Source: an uncultured Methanosarcinales archaeon (lineage in GTDB: Archaea; Nanobdellota; Nanobdellia; Woesearchaeales; ARS49). From it: a stretch of 64,000 bases of DNA. A program made the position numbers and the translations under genes. Where the stretch lies: NCBI GenBank assembly GCA_964497645.1, contig CAZCCU010000002.1, forward strand, positions 3,525 through 67,524, read 5' to 3'. The notes beneath the pieces are model-generated. The model was not told the DNA's origin, made no database searches, and saw only the letters and a list, made by a program, of their open reading frames with translations. Positions within the stretch are counted from its first letter, which is position 1. Each line of letters opens with the position of its first letter. Positions 10,724 through 19,980 of the stretch are shown here, one piece after another.

Positions 10724-11376
10724 TGACTGGTGAGCCCACGCACTAATTGCGTCAGCGCCTTCTCAGGGTCTTGCGCGTTTGTAACACCGGAAGCAACCAG
10801 AATACCCTTTGCACCCAGTTTTACTGCTTTCACAACATCGTCCTTTGTCTTGACACCGGCACCGCACAAAATAGGAATGTCTTTGATCTTACTGGTTGTT
10901 TGCGTGATAACTTCAGGCTTAGCCTGAGAAATAGCAATATTTCCGCCTATTAATTCAGGAGGCTCCACAGCAATAATGTCGGGATTAAACTTGGCAATTT
11001 CTGCAGCCTTAGCAGGAGTATCTGCGCAACAAACAGACAACATGCCGAGCTCTTTTAACCGCTTAACTGTTTCCTTAATCTGCGCAAGAGGAATCTGATG
11101 CTCAGAATGATTTATGAGACTGCCAACCGCGCCCATCTGCTGAACACTCTCGGGCAAAATCCAGCCAGTCTTCGCGCCAAACACAACAGCATCAACATGC
11201 TGAGCCATAACAGGAATTTTCACATTCCCAGCAACAGCCAGAATATCAGCAGGCTGAACCGCAACAACAATGTTCGCCCGCTCTTTCTTCGCGACCTTTT
11301 CACAGATTTTTGCCAACTTAATAGCATTCAAACCCGTAGAAGTCTGGTAAGCCTTGAAATTAATAATGGCGAGCAT
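10720..11376 (-). CDS. tpiA: triosephosphate isomerase (archaeal type)
   Basis: INFKAY, INHSEH, AVEPPELIG, LCGAGV, LVASG. Confidence 0.95.
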   Translation of the reverse strand: MLAIINFKAYQTSTGLNAIKLAKICEKVAKKERANIVVAVQPADILAVAGNVKIPVMAQHVDAVVFGAKTGWILPESVQQMGAVGSLINHSEHQIPLAQIKETVKRLKELGMLSVCCADTPAKAAEIAKFNPDIIAVEPPELIGGNIAISQAKPEVITQTTSKIKDIPILCGAGVKTKDDVVKAVKLGAKGILVASGVTNAQDPEKALTQLVRGLTSH

Positions 11377-11687
11377 CAGCCCAAAATAGATGCCAGCTTC
11401 TTCTTCAGCGTAGCTTCGTCCTGAAAGCCGACAACACGGTCAACCTCTTCACCGTTCTTGTACACGATAATGCAAGGAATGCCCAGCACGCCGTTCTGCG
11501 ACGCAAGCGCACTGTTCTCGTCAACATTCACCTTAGTGAATTTGACATCCTTCAATTCATGCGACAATTTCTCAAAAACAGGAGCAATCATCTTGCACGG
11601 GCCGCACCACGGAGCCCAAAAATCAACCACGACTGGCTTATCACTCTTCAAGACTTCAGTTTCAAAATTATTTTCGTTTACTTCCAT
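11376..11687 (-). CDS. trxA: thioredoxin
   Basis: [10 protein letters not shown] active site and cis-Pro motif GIP. Confidence 0.95.
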   Translation of the reverse strand: MEVNENNFETEVLKSDKPVVVDFWAPWCGPCKMIAPVFEKLSHELKDVKFTKVNVDENSALASQNGVLGIPCIIVYKNGEEVDRVVGFQDEATLKKKLASILG

Positions 11688-11688
11688 T

Positions 11689-11778
11689 TGTCGGAAACCG
11701 CTTACGCGGGCACCTCTTCCTTGATTACGGGGTAGGAAATCCAGCGGTTTCCGAGCACGCTCAAGAACCGCTTGACCA
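11689..11778. repeat. modular palindromic intergenic element (REP-like / structured RNA)
   Basis: 12-bp perfect inverted repeat TCGGAAACCGCT 11691-11702 / AGCGGTTTCCGA 11743-11754, linker GCACGC, then TCAAG..CTTGA hairpin; modules shared with 55992-56119. Confidence 0.6.
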
Positions 11779-11780
11779 TC

Positions 11781-12395
11781 CTATTGTCTTCTGACATTTT
11801 TCGCACCGTTTGATTTACTGGGCGGTTCTTGACGCTCAGCTCCCATATGATGCGTTTCAACTTCCTTGTTAACAGGAGTCAGCTTCTTAATCGGCTTGAT
11901 CAAGTACCGCTTGGTATCCTTATCCAAATCCAAAAAGTGGTCAGCAGCCTCAATTGACTTCGCGCTTGCACTCTTGCCAAAGGCAACAACTTCAACACGG
12001 CAGCCTAAGGCACGCTTTAAGTGTTCTATTAATGGTACGAAGTCACCGTCACCGCTGACTATGACAATAGTGTCTAATCTTGGAGCAAGCTCAATGCAGT
12101 CCATTGCAATGCCGATGTCCCAGTCGCCCTTCTTTGCTCCTCCATAAAAGATTTGCAAGTCTTTAGCGCGGATTTCAAAACCAATGTGGCCCAACGCATC
12201 AAAGAATTTCTCTTTGCTAAAATCCTCAGTCTTGATAACGTAAGCCAATGCGCGGACTAAAGTTCGTTCTTTGACAGCGTCCTGCAAAATCGTCTTGAAA
12301 TTAACGTGCGAATTATACACAAAACGCGCAGAATAATACAAGTTCTGAACGTCAACAAACACGCCAACCCTTTGCGCTCTATGAATTTCACTCAT
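11781..12395 (-). CDS. NYN domain (LabA/DUF88) PIN-like nuclease family protein
   Basis: VFVDVQN, KGDWD, VSGDGDF; start at 12395 with GAGG RBS and ATGA overlap. Confidence 0.88.
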   Translation of the reverse strand: MSEIHRAQRVGVFVDVQNLYYSARFVYNSHVNFKTILQDAVKERTLVRALAYVIKTEDFSKEKFFDALGHIGFEIRAKDLQIFYGGAKKGDWDIGIAMDCIELAPRLDTIVIVSGDGDFVPLIEHLKRALGCRVEVVAFGKSASAKSIEAADHFLDLDKDTKRYLIKPIKKLTPVNKEVETHHMGAERQEPPSKSNGAKNVRRQ

Positions 12396-12532
12396 GTTTT
12401 CAACCTCACTTCGTAGCCGCAAGCGCTACACACCACGCGATTTGTCTCAGTGTCAAACGTTAATGACAATTTCCTGCACCGCGGACATCTTTGTGCCTGC
12501 GTCGGCGGAATTACCTCTTTTGGCAACGCCAT
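12392..12532 (-). CDS. small zinc-ribbon protein (46 aa, absent from ORF track)
   Basis: MALPKEVIPPTQAQRCPRCRKLSLTFDTETNRVVCSACGYEVRLKT; TATA upstream; stop overlaps the NYN start. Confidence 0.75.
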   Translation of the reverse strand: MALPKEVIPPTQAQRCPRCRKLSLTFDTETNRVVCSACGYEVRLKT

Positions 12533-12619
12533 ACATGACTTGTATATTATTTGTTTAAATAAGTATCTGATTACCTCGTGGGAGTAAAGTATAAATACGA
12601 GTCAGAATCACGCAATTGC

Positions 12620-12994
12620 ATGACTGATGGAAATCCGGTTGCAACAATACTTTGTTCTGTATACGATCGCAGCATAAGCGCACTGCTTGATATTCATATC
12701 AAGAATATGGGCTACCGCACTATATGTGTAAGCGACTCAACAGAAGCAATTCCCCATGTTCCGCGAGCAGATCTCGTAATAAGCGACATCAACAATGGCG
12801 GTTATGCAGTATACGTTTATGTAATGGGTAACCGTCATGGGGTAAACGTGATACTCATAAACGAAGCCGATAAATCTGTGAATATGGCAGCGCCAAAAGC
12901 AGCAATTCTCAGAAAGCCCTTCACGCCTCAAGAGCTTGAAGCGATCATCAAAGCAAACCTTCCGGAACATTTAAAACCTGTCAAAACGCGATAA
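12620..12994 (+). CDS. stand-alone response-regulator receiver (CheY-like), degenerate
   Basis: DLVISD and LRKPF motifs; TATAAATA at about 12590 favours ATG 12620. Confidence 0.65.
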   Translation: MTDGNPVATILCSVYDRSISALLDIHIKNMGYRTICVSDSTEAIPHVPRADLVISDINNGGYAVYVYVMGNRHGVNVILINEADKSVNMAAPKAAILRKPFTPQELEAIIKANLPEHLKPVKTR

Positions 12995-12999
12995 TTCTT

Positions 13000-15408
13000 G
13001 TGGGCACAACATTTTATCCAACAGACATCGCATATACTGTAAGGAACGGCAAACCAATCATACAGCTATACGGCCGGACTGTTGAAGGCAGGCAGATCTG
13101 CGTTCTGGACGAGAATTTTGAGCCGTACTTCTACGTTGTCGGAGATACAGACGTAAAAGTTCTAGAAGCACTACGACAAGACGATTATTGCGTTGTGCGA
13201 GTTGAGAAGGTAAAAAAGAATCTCAACGAACACCCAACTGAAGCTCTCAAAGTATTCGTCAACATACCAAAAGGAGTGCCCGTTCTCAAAGACCTGGCAA
13301 AAGAACTGCCAGGCGTTATAGGAGTGTACGAGTATGACATCTTATACACGCGCAGATACCTGATAGACAAAGGAATCATTCCACTAACGCTGACAAAAGT
13401 AGAAGGAAAAGAATCACCATTCCAGTCAAAAGTGCCGTGCATAAAGGTGGATGAGATCATGCCTGCAGGAGAAGACACGCTCAAGCCCAAATTGTTAGCT
13501 GTTGATATCGAAACTTACAATCCAGAGAACAAAATAAACATGAAAAAGCACCCAATACTGATGATTGGGCTGTATGGAGAAAAGTTCTCACGCGTGATAA
13601 CTTGGAAAAAATTTGAAACTAATGAGAAATACATAGAATTCGTGCCAACAGAAGCTGAAATGCTCCAAAGATTTGTAGAATTAGTAAGCGATTACGGACC
13701 AGACATGCTGGTCGGATACTTCACAGACGGATTTGACCTGCCATACATTGTCGAACGAGCAAAAATGCACAAAATAAAATTAGACTTAGGGCTAGACTAC
13801 AGCCAGCTGGAAATAACCGGCAGAATGCAGGCAGAAGCCAAAATAACAGGCATAGCGCACATCGACATTTTCAAATTCATCAGAAAAGTCATCGCTCGAT
13901 CACTCAAAACTGACAGCTATAGTTTGGATGCTGTTGCGGGAGAGCTTATCGGTGAACATAAACATAAAGTCGACATGGACGCGTTCTTCAGAGCATGGGA
14001 CGAAGGAGGAAAACAAATAGAAGAATACTGCAAGTACAACCTCCAAGACTGCGCGCTGACTTACAAACTAACGGAAAAAGTACTGCCTAATCTTATAGAG
14101 TTTGTAAGGATAATAAGACTACCACCATATGACATCAACAGAATGACGTTCTCAACATACGTAGAATGGTTTTTGATGAACCAAGCAAGCGCGCGAAACG
14201 AAATATTGCTCAACAGGCCATACAAAAGAGACGAATTGAGCAGAATGTCAGACAGGATAAAAGGGGCATTCGTCTACGAACCAAAACCAGGATTTTACCA
14301 GAAAATAGCAGTGTTCGACTACCGCAGCTTGTATCCAAGCATCATCGCCTCGCACAACATAAGCAAAGGAACACTAAACTGCGACTGCTGCAAAGACACA
14401 CCCAAAGTGACGACCGAAAGAGGAACATTCTGGTACTGCGCGAAAAGAAAAGGACTATTCAGCACAGTAATTTCAGACTTGATTTTGAGAAGAGGAGAAA
14501 TTAAAAAACAGCTTAAGACGAGCAAAGACCCATTGCTTGCTGCAAGATCAGAAGCGCTCAAAGTCCTCGCCAACAGCTTCTACGGCTACATGGGATTCGC
14601 GCCAGCACGATACTACAGCATCGAATGCGCGGAAAGCACAACAGCCTGGGCAAGACACTACATACGCAAAGCGATAGAAACTGCGCAACAAGCAGGATTT
14701 ACTGTGCTTTATAGTGACACGGATTCCTGTTTTATTCTTTTGGACAAAAAAACAAAAGATGACGCGATGGCATGGATGGAAAAAGTAAACAAGGACCTCC
14801 CAGGGCTAATGGAGTTAGACTACGAAGGATTCTATCCAGCCGGCATTTTTGTTAGCTTGAAAACAGGAGAAGCGGGAGCCAAAAAGAAATACGCGCTGAT
14901 TGATGAAAAAGGAAGCATAAAAATCCGAGGCTTTGAAAGCGTAAGACGAAACTGGAGCTTCATCGCAAAAGACGTGCAGAAAAAAGTTCTTGAAATAATC
15001 CTGAAAGAGCACGATGCGGCAAAAGCAAAAGCGTATGTAAGAGAAGTTGTTGAGAAAATGAGGAAGAACGCAATTCCATTGGACAAAGTCGTAATCCATA
15101 CTGCGCTATCGAAAGCAACAACAGGCTATACCTCAATTGGCCCCCATGTGGCGGCAGCGCAACGCATGGAAGCAAAAGGACAAACTGTAGGAGCAGGAAG
15201 CGTAATCAAATACGTTGTTGTGAAAGGAAAAGGAAAAATACGCGACAAAGTCAAACTGCCAGATGAAGCAACACAAGAAGAGTACGATGGCGAGTATTAT
15301 ATACAAAACCAAATCATACCGGGAGTGGAAAGAATATTCGCAGTGCTTGGAATCAAGGTAGACGACCTTCTCAGCGCCACCAAACAAAGCTCGCTGGAAG
15401 GATTCTAA
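13000..15408 (+). CDS. polB: family B DNA polymerase
   Basis: DIET, FDLPY and YNLQD exonuclease motifs; DYRSLYPS, KVLANSFYGY, YSDTDS; C-terminal PIP box QSSLEGF. Confidence 0.96.
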   Translation: MGTTFYPTDIAYTVRNGKPIIQLYGRTVEGRQICVLDENFEPYFYVVGDTDVKVLEALRQDDYCVVRVEKVKKNLNEHPTEALKVFVNIPKGVPVLKDLAKELPGVIGVYEYDILYTRRYLIDKGIIPLTLTKVEGKESPFQSKVPCIKVDEIMPAGEDTLKPKLLAVDIETYNPENKINMKKHPILMIGLYGEKFSRVITWKKFETNEKYIEFVPTEAEMLQRFVELVSDYGPDMLVGYFTDGFDLPYIVERAKMHKIKLDLGLDYSQLEITGRMQAEAKITGIAHIDIFKFIRKVIARSLKTDSYSLDAVAGELIGEHKHKVDMDAFFRAWDEGGKQIEEYCKYNLQDCALTYKLTEKVLPNLIEFVRIIRLPPYDINRMTFSTYVEWFLMNQASARNEILLNRPYKRDELSRMSDRIKGAFVYEPKPGFYQKIAVFDYRSLYPSIIASHNISKGTLNCDCCKDTPKVTTERGTFWYCAKRKGLFSTVISDLILRRGEIKKQLKTSKDPLLAARSEALKVLANSFYGYMGFAPARYYSIECAESTTAWARHYIRKAIETAQQAGFTVLYSDTDSCFILLDKKTKDDAMAWMEKVNKDLPGLMELDYEGFYPAGIFVSLKTGEAGAKKKYALIDEKGSIKIRGFESVRRNWSFIAKDVQKKVLEIILKEHDAAKAKAYVREVVEKMRKNAIPLDKVVIHTALSKATTGYTSIGPHVAAAQRMEAKGQTVGAGSVIKYVVVKGKGKIRDKVKLPDEATQEEYDGEYYIQNQIIPGVERIFAVLGIKVDDLLSATKQSSLEGF

Positions 15409-15524
15409 TTGTTACTTAAGAGGAGTAAAAATAGTAACATTTATATAGCCTAAAATAATAATCAAAACTAGGGGGTAGAAAAGCCTAGGGAAAGCCCTAG
15501 ACTACTGCTTCCACAGAGACAACA

Positions 15525-16139
15525 ATGCCAAAAAAATTAATGAAACTGCCGCCTGAAGAATTAGAAGCGAGACTTAACGAGCGAACGCTTGTCATGTGCA
15601 AGCCTGAAGCAGTATTGCTCAGCAGGCACGGAGAAATTCTAAGCAGAATAGTCAATATTTGGCCCTTGAAAACACCTTTGATAAAAACTTTCAGCTTTAC
15701 AAAGGAAGCCATAGAAGAATTCTATGGACACGTCATAGAAGATTACGAGCCCAAAGAAGACATTCTTGCATCATTCCACAAAATGGTTGGATTGCCAACG
15801 CTGGCAATTGTCGTGCAAGGACCAAACAGCATTGCAACCATGAGAAAACTAGCAGGCGGGCTTCCAAAATACGCAATCGACGGAAGCGACGTGCGGTTCA
15901 GAGGCTACAGCGCACAATTCGATCCTACACTGGCGCCAATTGGAACAGTCAGAGGCGATATGTGTTCGGTTAGCACAGACTTTGCGAACTCAATCGGTAT
16001 GCCAGTTCCAAACTTCATGCACGCATCCGATAGTCCAGACAGCTATAAGAAAGAAATTGGATTGCTAAAGCACCACAAACTAATATCAGATGGTGACTTT
16101 GTCGATTACAAAAGACCTGATCAAGATATATACAAATAA
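15525..16139 (+). CDS. ndk: nucleoside-diphosphate kinase family protein (divergent)
   Basis: ERTLVMCKPE, GPNSI...RKLAG, GTVRGD, N..HASDS. Confidence 0.8.
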   Translation: MPKKLMKLPPEELEARLNERTLVMCKPEAVLLSRHGEILSRIVNIWPLKTPLIKTFSFTKEAIEEFYGHVIEDYEPKEDILASFHKMVGLPTLAIVVQGPNSIATMRKLAGGLPKYAIDGSDVRFRGYSAQFDPTLAPIGTVRGDMCSVSTDFANSIGMPVPNFMHASDSPDSYKKEIGLLKHHKLISDGDFVDYKRPDQDIYK

Positions 16140-16154
16140 GAGCTTAAAAAAGGA

Positions 16155-16826
16155 GTGAAGAAAACGCCAAACTGGGACCTCGTAAGACGGATAGTAGCAG
16201 AAACTGGAGAATTAGATGAAGATGAAGTTGCAAAAGTTCTTGATTCGTCAGACAAAAACCAATTTTTGTTCCACGGCATAAGCTCAACCGAACTTTATAG
16301 AAGTGCGCAGCAAAAAGGTATAATGCCAAAGCCTGGAAGAACCCCAATCTGGTATCTCGGATCCAGAGCGTTTGGAAAAATTTCAGTGACTTCTACACCA
16401 AAGCAAGATGAAGGCTGTTTGTTTTTATCGGGTGAGGAAGAAAGGCCGATGACTCCGGAAGAGGAAACAAAAGAAGGAGAGCTGTTCGGTTACGACAGCG
16501 TTTTCTACAACGGCGCGCATGCACATGACCAGGACAAGAATGGCAAGTCGTATGGAACACTGGCAATAACAAGAATCGGAGACATCCAACCGCAAGGCGT
16601 ACTGGTGAACTTGACAGAAGAAGAAATACCGATAGTTCAACAGGTGCCACGCAGGCTTATCCATATAGTGCGCGTAGAGGTAGACCACAGCGACGCCCGA
16701 AAAGAATCAAGAGAAATCGGCAAGATTGTGGAACGCACTTTGTTCAAGCACATTTATGATGTTGTTGTAAACAACAACTATCTGCCAGGGGATACCAATC
16801 TGGACCAAATAAAACTGGAACGCTGA
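16155..16826 (+). CDS. hypothetical protein, possible ADP-ribosyltransferase-like fold
   Basis: GTG start with GGAG; FLFHGIS...KGIMP resembles the Tpt1/PARP-like first strand. Confidence 0.5.
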   Translation: MKKTPNWDLVRRIVAETGELDEDEVAKVLDSSDKNQFLFHGISSTELYRSAQQKGIMPKPGRTPIWYLGSRAFGKISVTSTPKQDEGCLFLSGEEERPMTPEEETKEGELFGYDSVFYNGAHAHDQDKNGKSYGTLAITRIGDIQPQGVLVNLTEEEIPIVQQVPRRLIHIVRVEVDHSDARKESREIGKIVERTLFKHIYDVVVNNNYLPGDTNLDQIKLER

Positions 16827-16932
16827 TTTCTTTAAATTTTATATAAAATTATAGGGCTAAATATAAAACGCTGAAAGTCAATCGTATTGCAACTACATCT
16901 TAAAAGAGGACGTATACTGGAGGGAGTCAGAC

Positions 16933-17079
16933 ATGGAACCAATAAAATACTTTGACACAGCAGACCTGGTAGAACCACATTGCAAAGGATGCCAGCACAT
17001 CATTCACTATGATAGAGACGGCGTGTTTGACAACAAAAAACAAATCCTTACTTGTTCATTCTGCGGAACAGCGCTATAG
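16933..17079 (+). CDS. small zinc-ribbon protein (48 aa, absent from ORF track)
   Basis: MEPIKYFDTADLVEPHCKGC...CSFCGTAL with GGAGG RBS. Confidence 0.7.
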   Translation: MEPIKYFDTADLVEPHCKGCQHIIHYDRDGVFDNKKQILTCSFCGTAL

Positions 17080-17115
17080 AAATGTTTAAAAAGGGCTCAT
17101 TATAACCGCACACAC

Positions 17116-17682
17116 ATGGGACTCTATAAACACTTAGTCAACAGATGGCAGGAAGACGGCATGCCAGCCGATTTGAAACGAGCGCGCTTGATAGCATGGA
17201 GACGCGAATCTGCAACAACCCGTTTAGAGCACCCGACAAGACTTGACCGAGCACGCGCACTAGGCTACCGCGCAAAGCAAGGCATATTCATTGTCAGACA
17301 ACGCCTCACCAGAGGCTCGCACAGACGAGAAGACTGGAGCGGAGGCAGGCACTCGCACAACATGGGCGCGCGCTTAAACCTGCACAAAAACTACCAAGCA
17401 ATCGCAGAAGTAAGAGCCAACAAGGCATATCCAAATTGTGAAGTTCTTAATTCATACTACGTCACAGAAGACGGCAAAAACTACTGGTATGAGATAATAC
17501 TAGCAGACAGAGCACACCCAAGTGTTCTAGCAGACAAAAGAACAGCATGGATCGGCAAGATACACGGAAGAGCCTTCCGCGGAATCACCAGCGCAGGCAG
17601 AAAGCACCGCGGACTTCGACATAAGGGCAAGGGTGTAGAGAAAGCACGCCCATCGCGCAGAGCACACAAACGAAGCTTGTAA
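17116..17682 (+). CDS. rpl15e: 50S ribosomal protein L15e
   Basis: PTRLDRARALGYRAKQG, EVLNSYYV.EDG, RAFRGITSAGRK. Confidence 0.96.
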   Translation: MGLYKHLVNRWQEDGMPADLKRARLIAWRRESATTRLEHPTRLDRARALGYRAKQGIFIVRQRLTRGSHRREDWSGGRHSHNMGARLNLHKNYQAIAEVRANKAYPNCEVLNSYYVTEDGKNYWYEIILADRAHPSVLADKRTAWIGKIHGRAFRGITSAGRKHRGLRHKGKGVEKARPSRRAHKRSL

Positions 17683-17703
17683 TCACATAATGAGGTGGTT
17701 TAG

Positions 17704-17895
17704 TTGCCAAAAAAGAAAGAAGTCAAGACAGAAGAATACGACAAAGAAGAAGAAGAAGTAGTAGAAAAACCAGTAGAGGAAGACGATCCAGTTGTTGACA
17801 GCAACGAAGACGCAGAATACGAAGAAGACCTTGAAGTTTCTGATGGGAAAGAAGAAGACGTAGAAGAATCAGCAGAAAATTGGACAGACGAATAA
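17704..17895 (+). CDS. small highly acidic protein
   Basis: TTG start with GAGGTGG RBS; 30 of 63 residues are D/E; T-run after the stop. Confidence 0.65.
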   Translation: MPKKKEVKTEEYDKEEEEVVEKPVEEDDPVVDSNEDAEYEEDLEVSDGKEEDVEESAENWTDE

Positions 17896-17938
17896 ATTTT
17901 TCTAAAATTATTTAAAGTGCGCCTGTTTTTTTGTCCAT

Positions 17939-18352
17939 ATGATTCGTCTTTACGGGAGCGATACGCTTTTCATAATCACAGGCTGGTTCTACAATGAACA
18001 AGATGGTCACAATAGCGGCAATTTTCCATTTGGCGGTCATTTTAATCTTGATTCTGAAAAACGTCTTGAAGGCAGGCTGTCTGACGACGGCGGCGCCTCG
18101 CGCATAAACGGCACGATGACACGCGGCGTACTTGAGTTTGAGAAAACATATGAGCCTAAAGGGATTCACAAAAAACGGACATATTATTACAAATTCGAGA
18201 AAAAAAGCGGAATCTGGGTGGGAGGCTGGTTCACTCGAAAGATAGAGACCACCTACCTTGACAATAATCCTTCCCTGCAGGCGCGCTGCCAGACACTGCG
18301 TGCTTGGGATGCTTACCGCGCGATGAATAAACTACGCCTTGATAAAAGATAA
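17939..18352 (+). CDS. hypothetical beta-barrel-like protein
   Basis: 137-aa ORF downstream of a TTTAAA box. Confidence 0.55.
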   Translation: MIRLYGSDTLFIITGWFYNEQDGHNSGNFPFGGHFNLDSEKRLEGRLSDDGGASRINGTMTRGVLEFEKTYEPKGIHKKRTYYYKFEKKSGIWVGGWFTRKIETTYLDNNPSLQARCQTLRAWDAYRAMNKLRLDKR

Positions 18353-18486
18353 AACTGCTGCCCCATATTATTACGCTTCTATAATATAGTCTCTTCAAGT
18401 TGATTTGGTTACTACTGCCCAGTGCTAATTAATAGAAACCTTTATATATTGGTATGTGTTTTACTCCTCTTCGGGGGTATCAAAAC

Positions 18487-19980
18487 ATGCTTAATGACAA
18501 CAACACCCAGTCAAAATCACCTTCAACACTCGAATCACTATTAGATTTCTTCAGACTTAAAGCAGTTCCAGTTGTCGCAGCAGTCGCAGCAATTACAGGA
18601 TGCAGTGCAACAGGCACAAACGAGGCATCAGATGAAGCCAAGGGCCGTCTCGACACAAGAATTCTTCCAAAAGAATACAGCGTTAAAGACGCAAATCAAG
18701 TTAATGAAGCACTTGACAAACAAATCAAGATCGACACAGATTCTGCAAAAAGCTTAAGCCAATTCGAAGATGCACGCCTAAAAAACCTGAAAAAAATCGT
18801 AGACAAACTTCCAGGAACAAGCGCAGACGTCAAAGCATTCAACGAGTTAGAAAGACAAAACGAATTATTGTATAATTTGTTCAAGACAACCGGAATCAAG
18901 CACGTACTTATCCGCGATTTGAAGCGCAACGTCGACGTTGGCTCACTTCAATTACCAGAACTTTCAAATGACCAGATTTCACAGGCAATGAGCTACCTTG
19001 CGCCACTGAAAGTATCACTTGACGCAAAAGACCTCAGCTATGATGCACGACAAAAGCTCAGCAAGCGATTTGGCAAAAATGCAGACTATATAAAAATGTC
19101 TGAGTACAACCAAATCCTGTTGACGCTGCTCGACCAAATGTCAGCAACCCAGGCAAAAATAAACCATCATGAATTCCAACTGAACCAAATCGCATCAGCA
19201 GAAGACCTTACGGTAAAGATCAACAAGTCAATTTCTGGCAGAAAAGTAAACGATGTAACGGTTGCCAATGACATGTACGAGCATGGCGAACAAGCGCTCG
19301 CAGCAATAAGACCTTTGCCGGTAACCGGGCGTATCTCAAAGGAAAGCCCACTGGGAGAAGAATACTCAGACTTCGGAAGCAAAACAATAGGCGCGTTGTA
19401 CGATGCTATAATGACCGCTGCAGAAAAAGAAGCAGCAGACTACGGCAGAGGCAGCAAGCACACAATCGGACAATTCCACTATTTCCACCTGAAATCAATC
19501 GGAGACCAACTGCACAAAGCAGGAATCTTGAGAGACGAAGACTGGATAGCACTTGAAAAAGTCATGACAAGAGACTTTGCCAGAAAAGTCGTTCACGCAC
19601 TTCCAGAAGAAGAAAGCGTCAAACTCCTGCCAACACTCGGCAAAGCAGTACCGCTCGTCGGATGGTACTTTGGCGGCAAGAGCTTAGTAAGACTATTGCA
19701 AAACACAACTTACTCCTCAGGATCAATCATGGGCATAGTCAAGGACGGCACGTACCAGCAATATGGAGCTGGCACAGGATACAACAGAAAGGACAACAAC
19801 GCACAAGACCTTGCTGATGTAATCTCAACCGGAACTTCAATGGTGATTTCTGGCATAGGAGCCTACTTAATCTATGATCATAACAGATCAAGCAGCAGCG
19901 ATAGTGGCAGCGGCGGAAGCTCATCCGGCCCTGCAGGACTCTTCGGCACAGAAATAGGAGGCCCGGGTACAGGACCATGA
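18487..19980 (+). CDS. putative lipoprotein, helical, with C-terminal hydrophobic segments and Ser/Gly tail
   Basis: AVAAITGC lipobox; ATGA overlap with the giant surface protein gene. Confidence 0.65.
   Translation: MLNDNNTQSKSPSTLESLLDFFRLKAVPVVAAVAAITGCSATGTNEASDEAKGRLDTRILPKEYSVKDANQVNEALDKQIKIDTDSAKSLSQFEDARLKNLKKIVDKLPGTSADVKAFNELERQNELLYNLFKTTGIKHVLIRDLKRNVDVGSLQLPELSNDQISQAMSYLAPLKVSLDAKDLSYDARQKLSKRFGKNADYIKMSEYNQILLTLLDQMSATQAKINHHEFQLNQIASAEDLTVKINKSISGRKVNDVTVANDMYEHGEQALAAIRPLPVTGRISKESPLGEEYSDFGSKTIGALYDAIMTAAEKEAADYGRGSKHTIGQFHYFHLKSIGDQLHKAGILRDEDWIALEKVMTRDFARKVVHALPEEESVKLLPTLGKAVPLVGWYFGGKSLVRLLQNTTYSSGSIMGIVKDGTYQQYGAGTGYNRKDNNAQDLADVISTGTSMVISGIGAYLIYDHNRSSSSDSGSGGSSSGPAGLFGTEIGGPGTGP

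Noticed and set aside
13000..15408. Possible intein in, or inactivation of, PolB
   Set aside because: Normal length and all catalytic motifs are present.
15475..15505. CTAGGG-AAAG-CCCTAG hairpin in the ndk leader
   Set aside because: Single short stem with no recognisable RNA family; may be chance.
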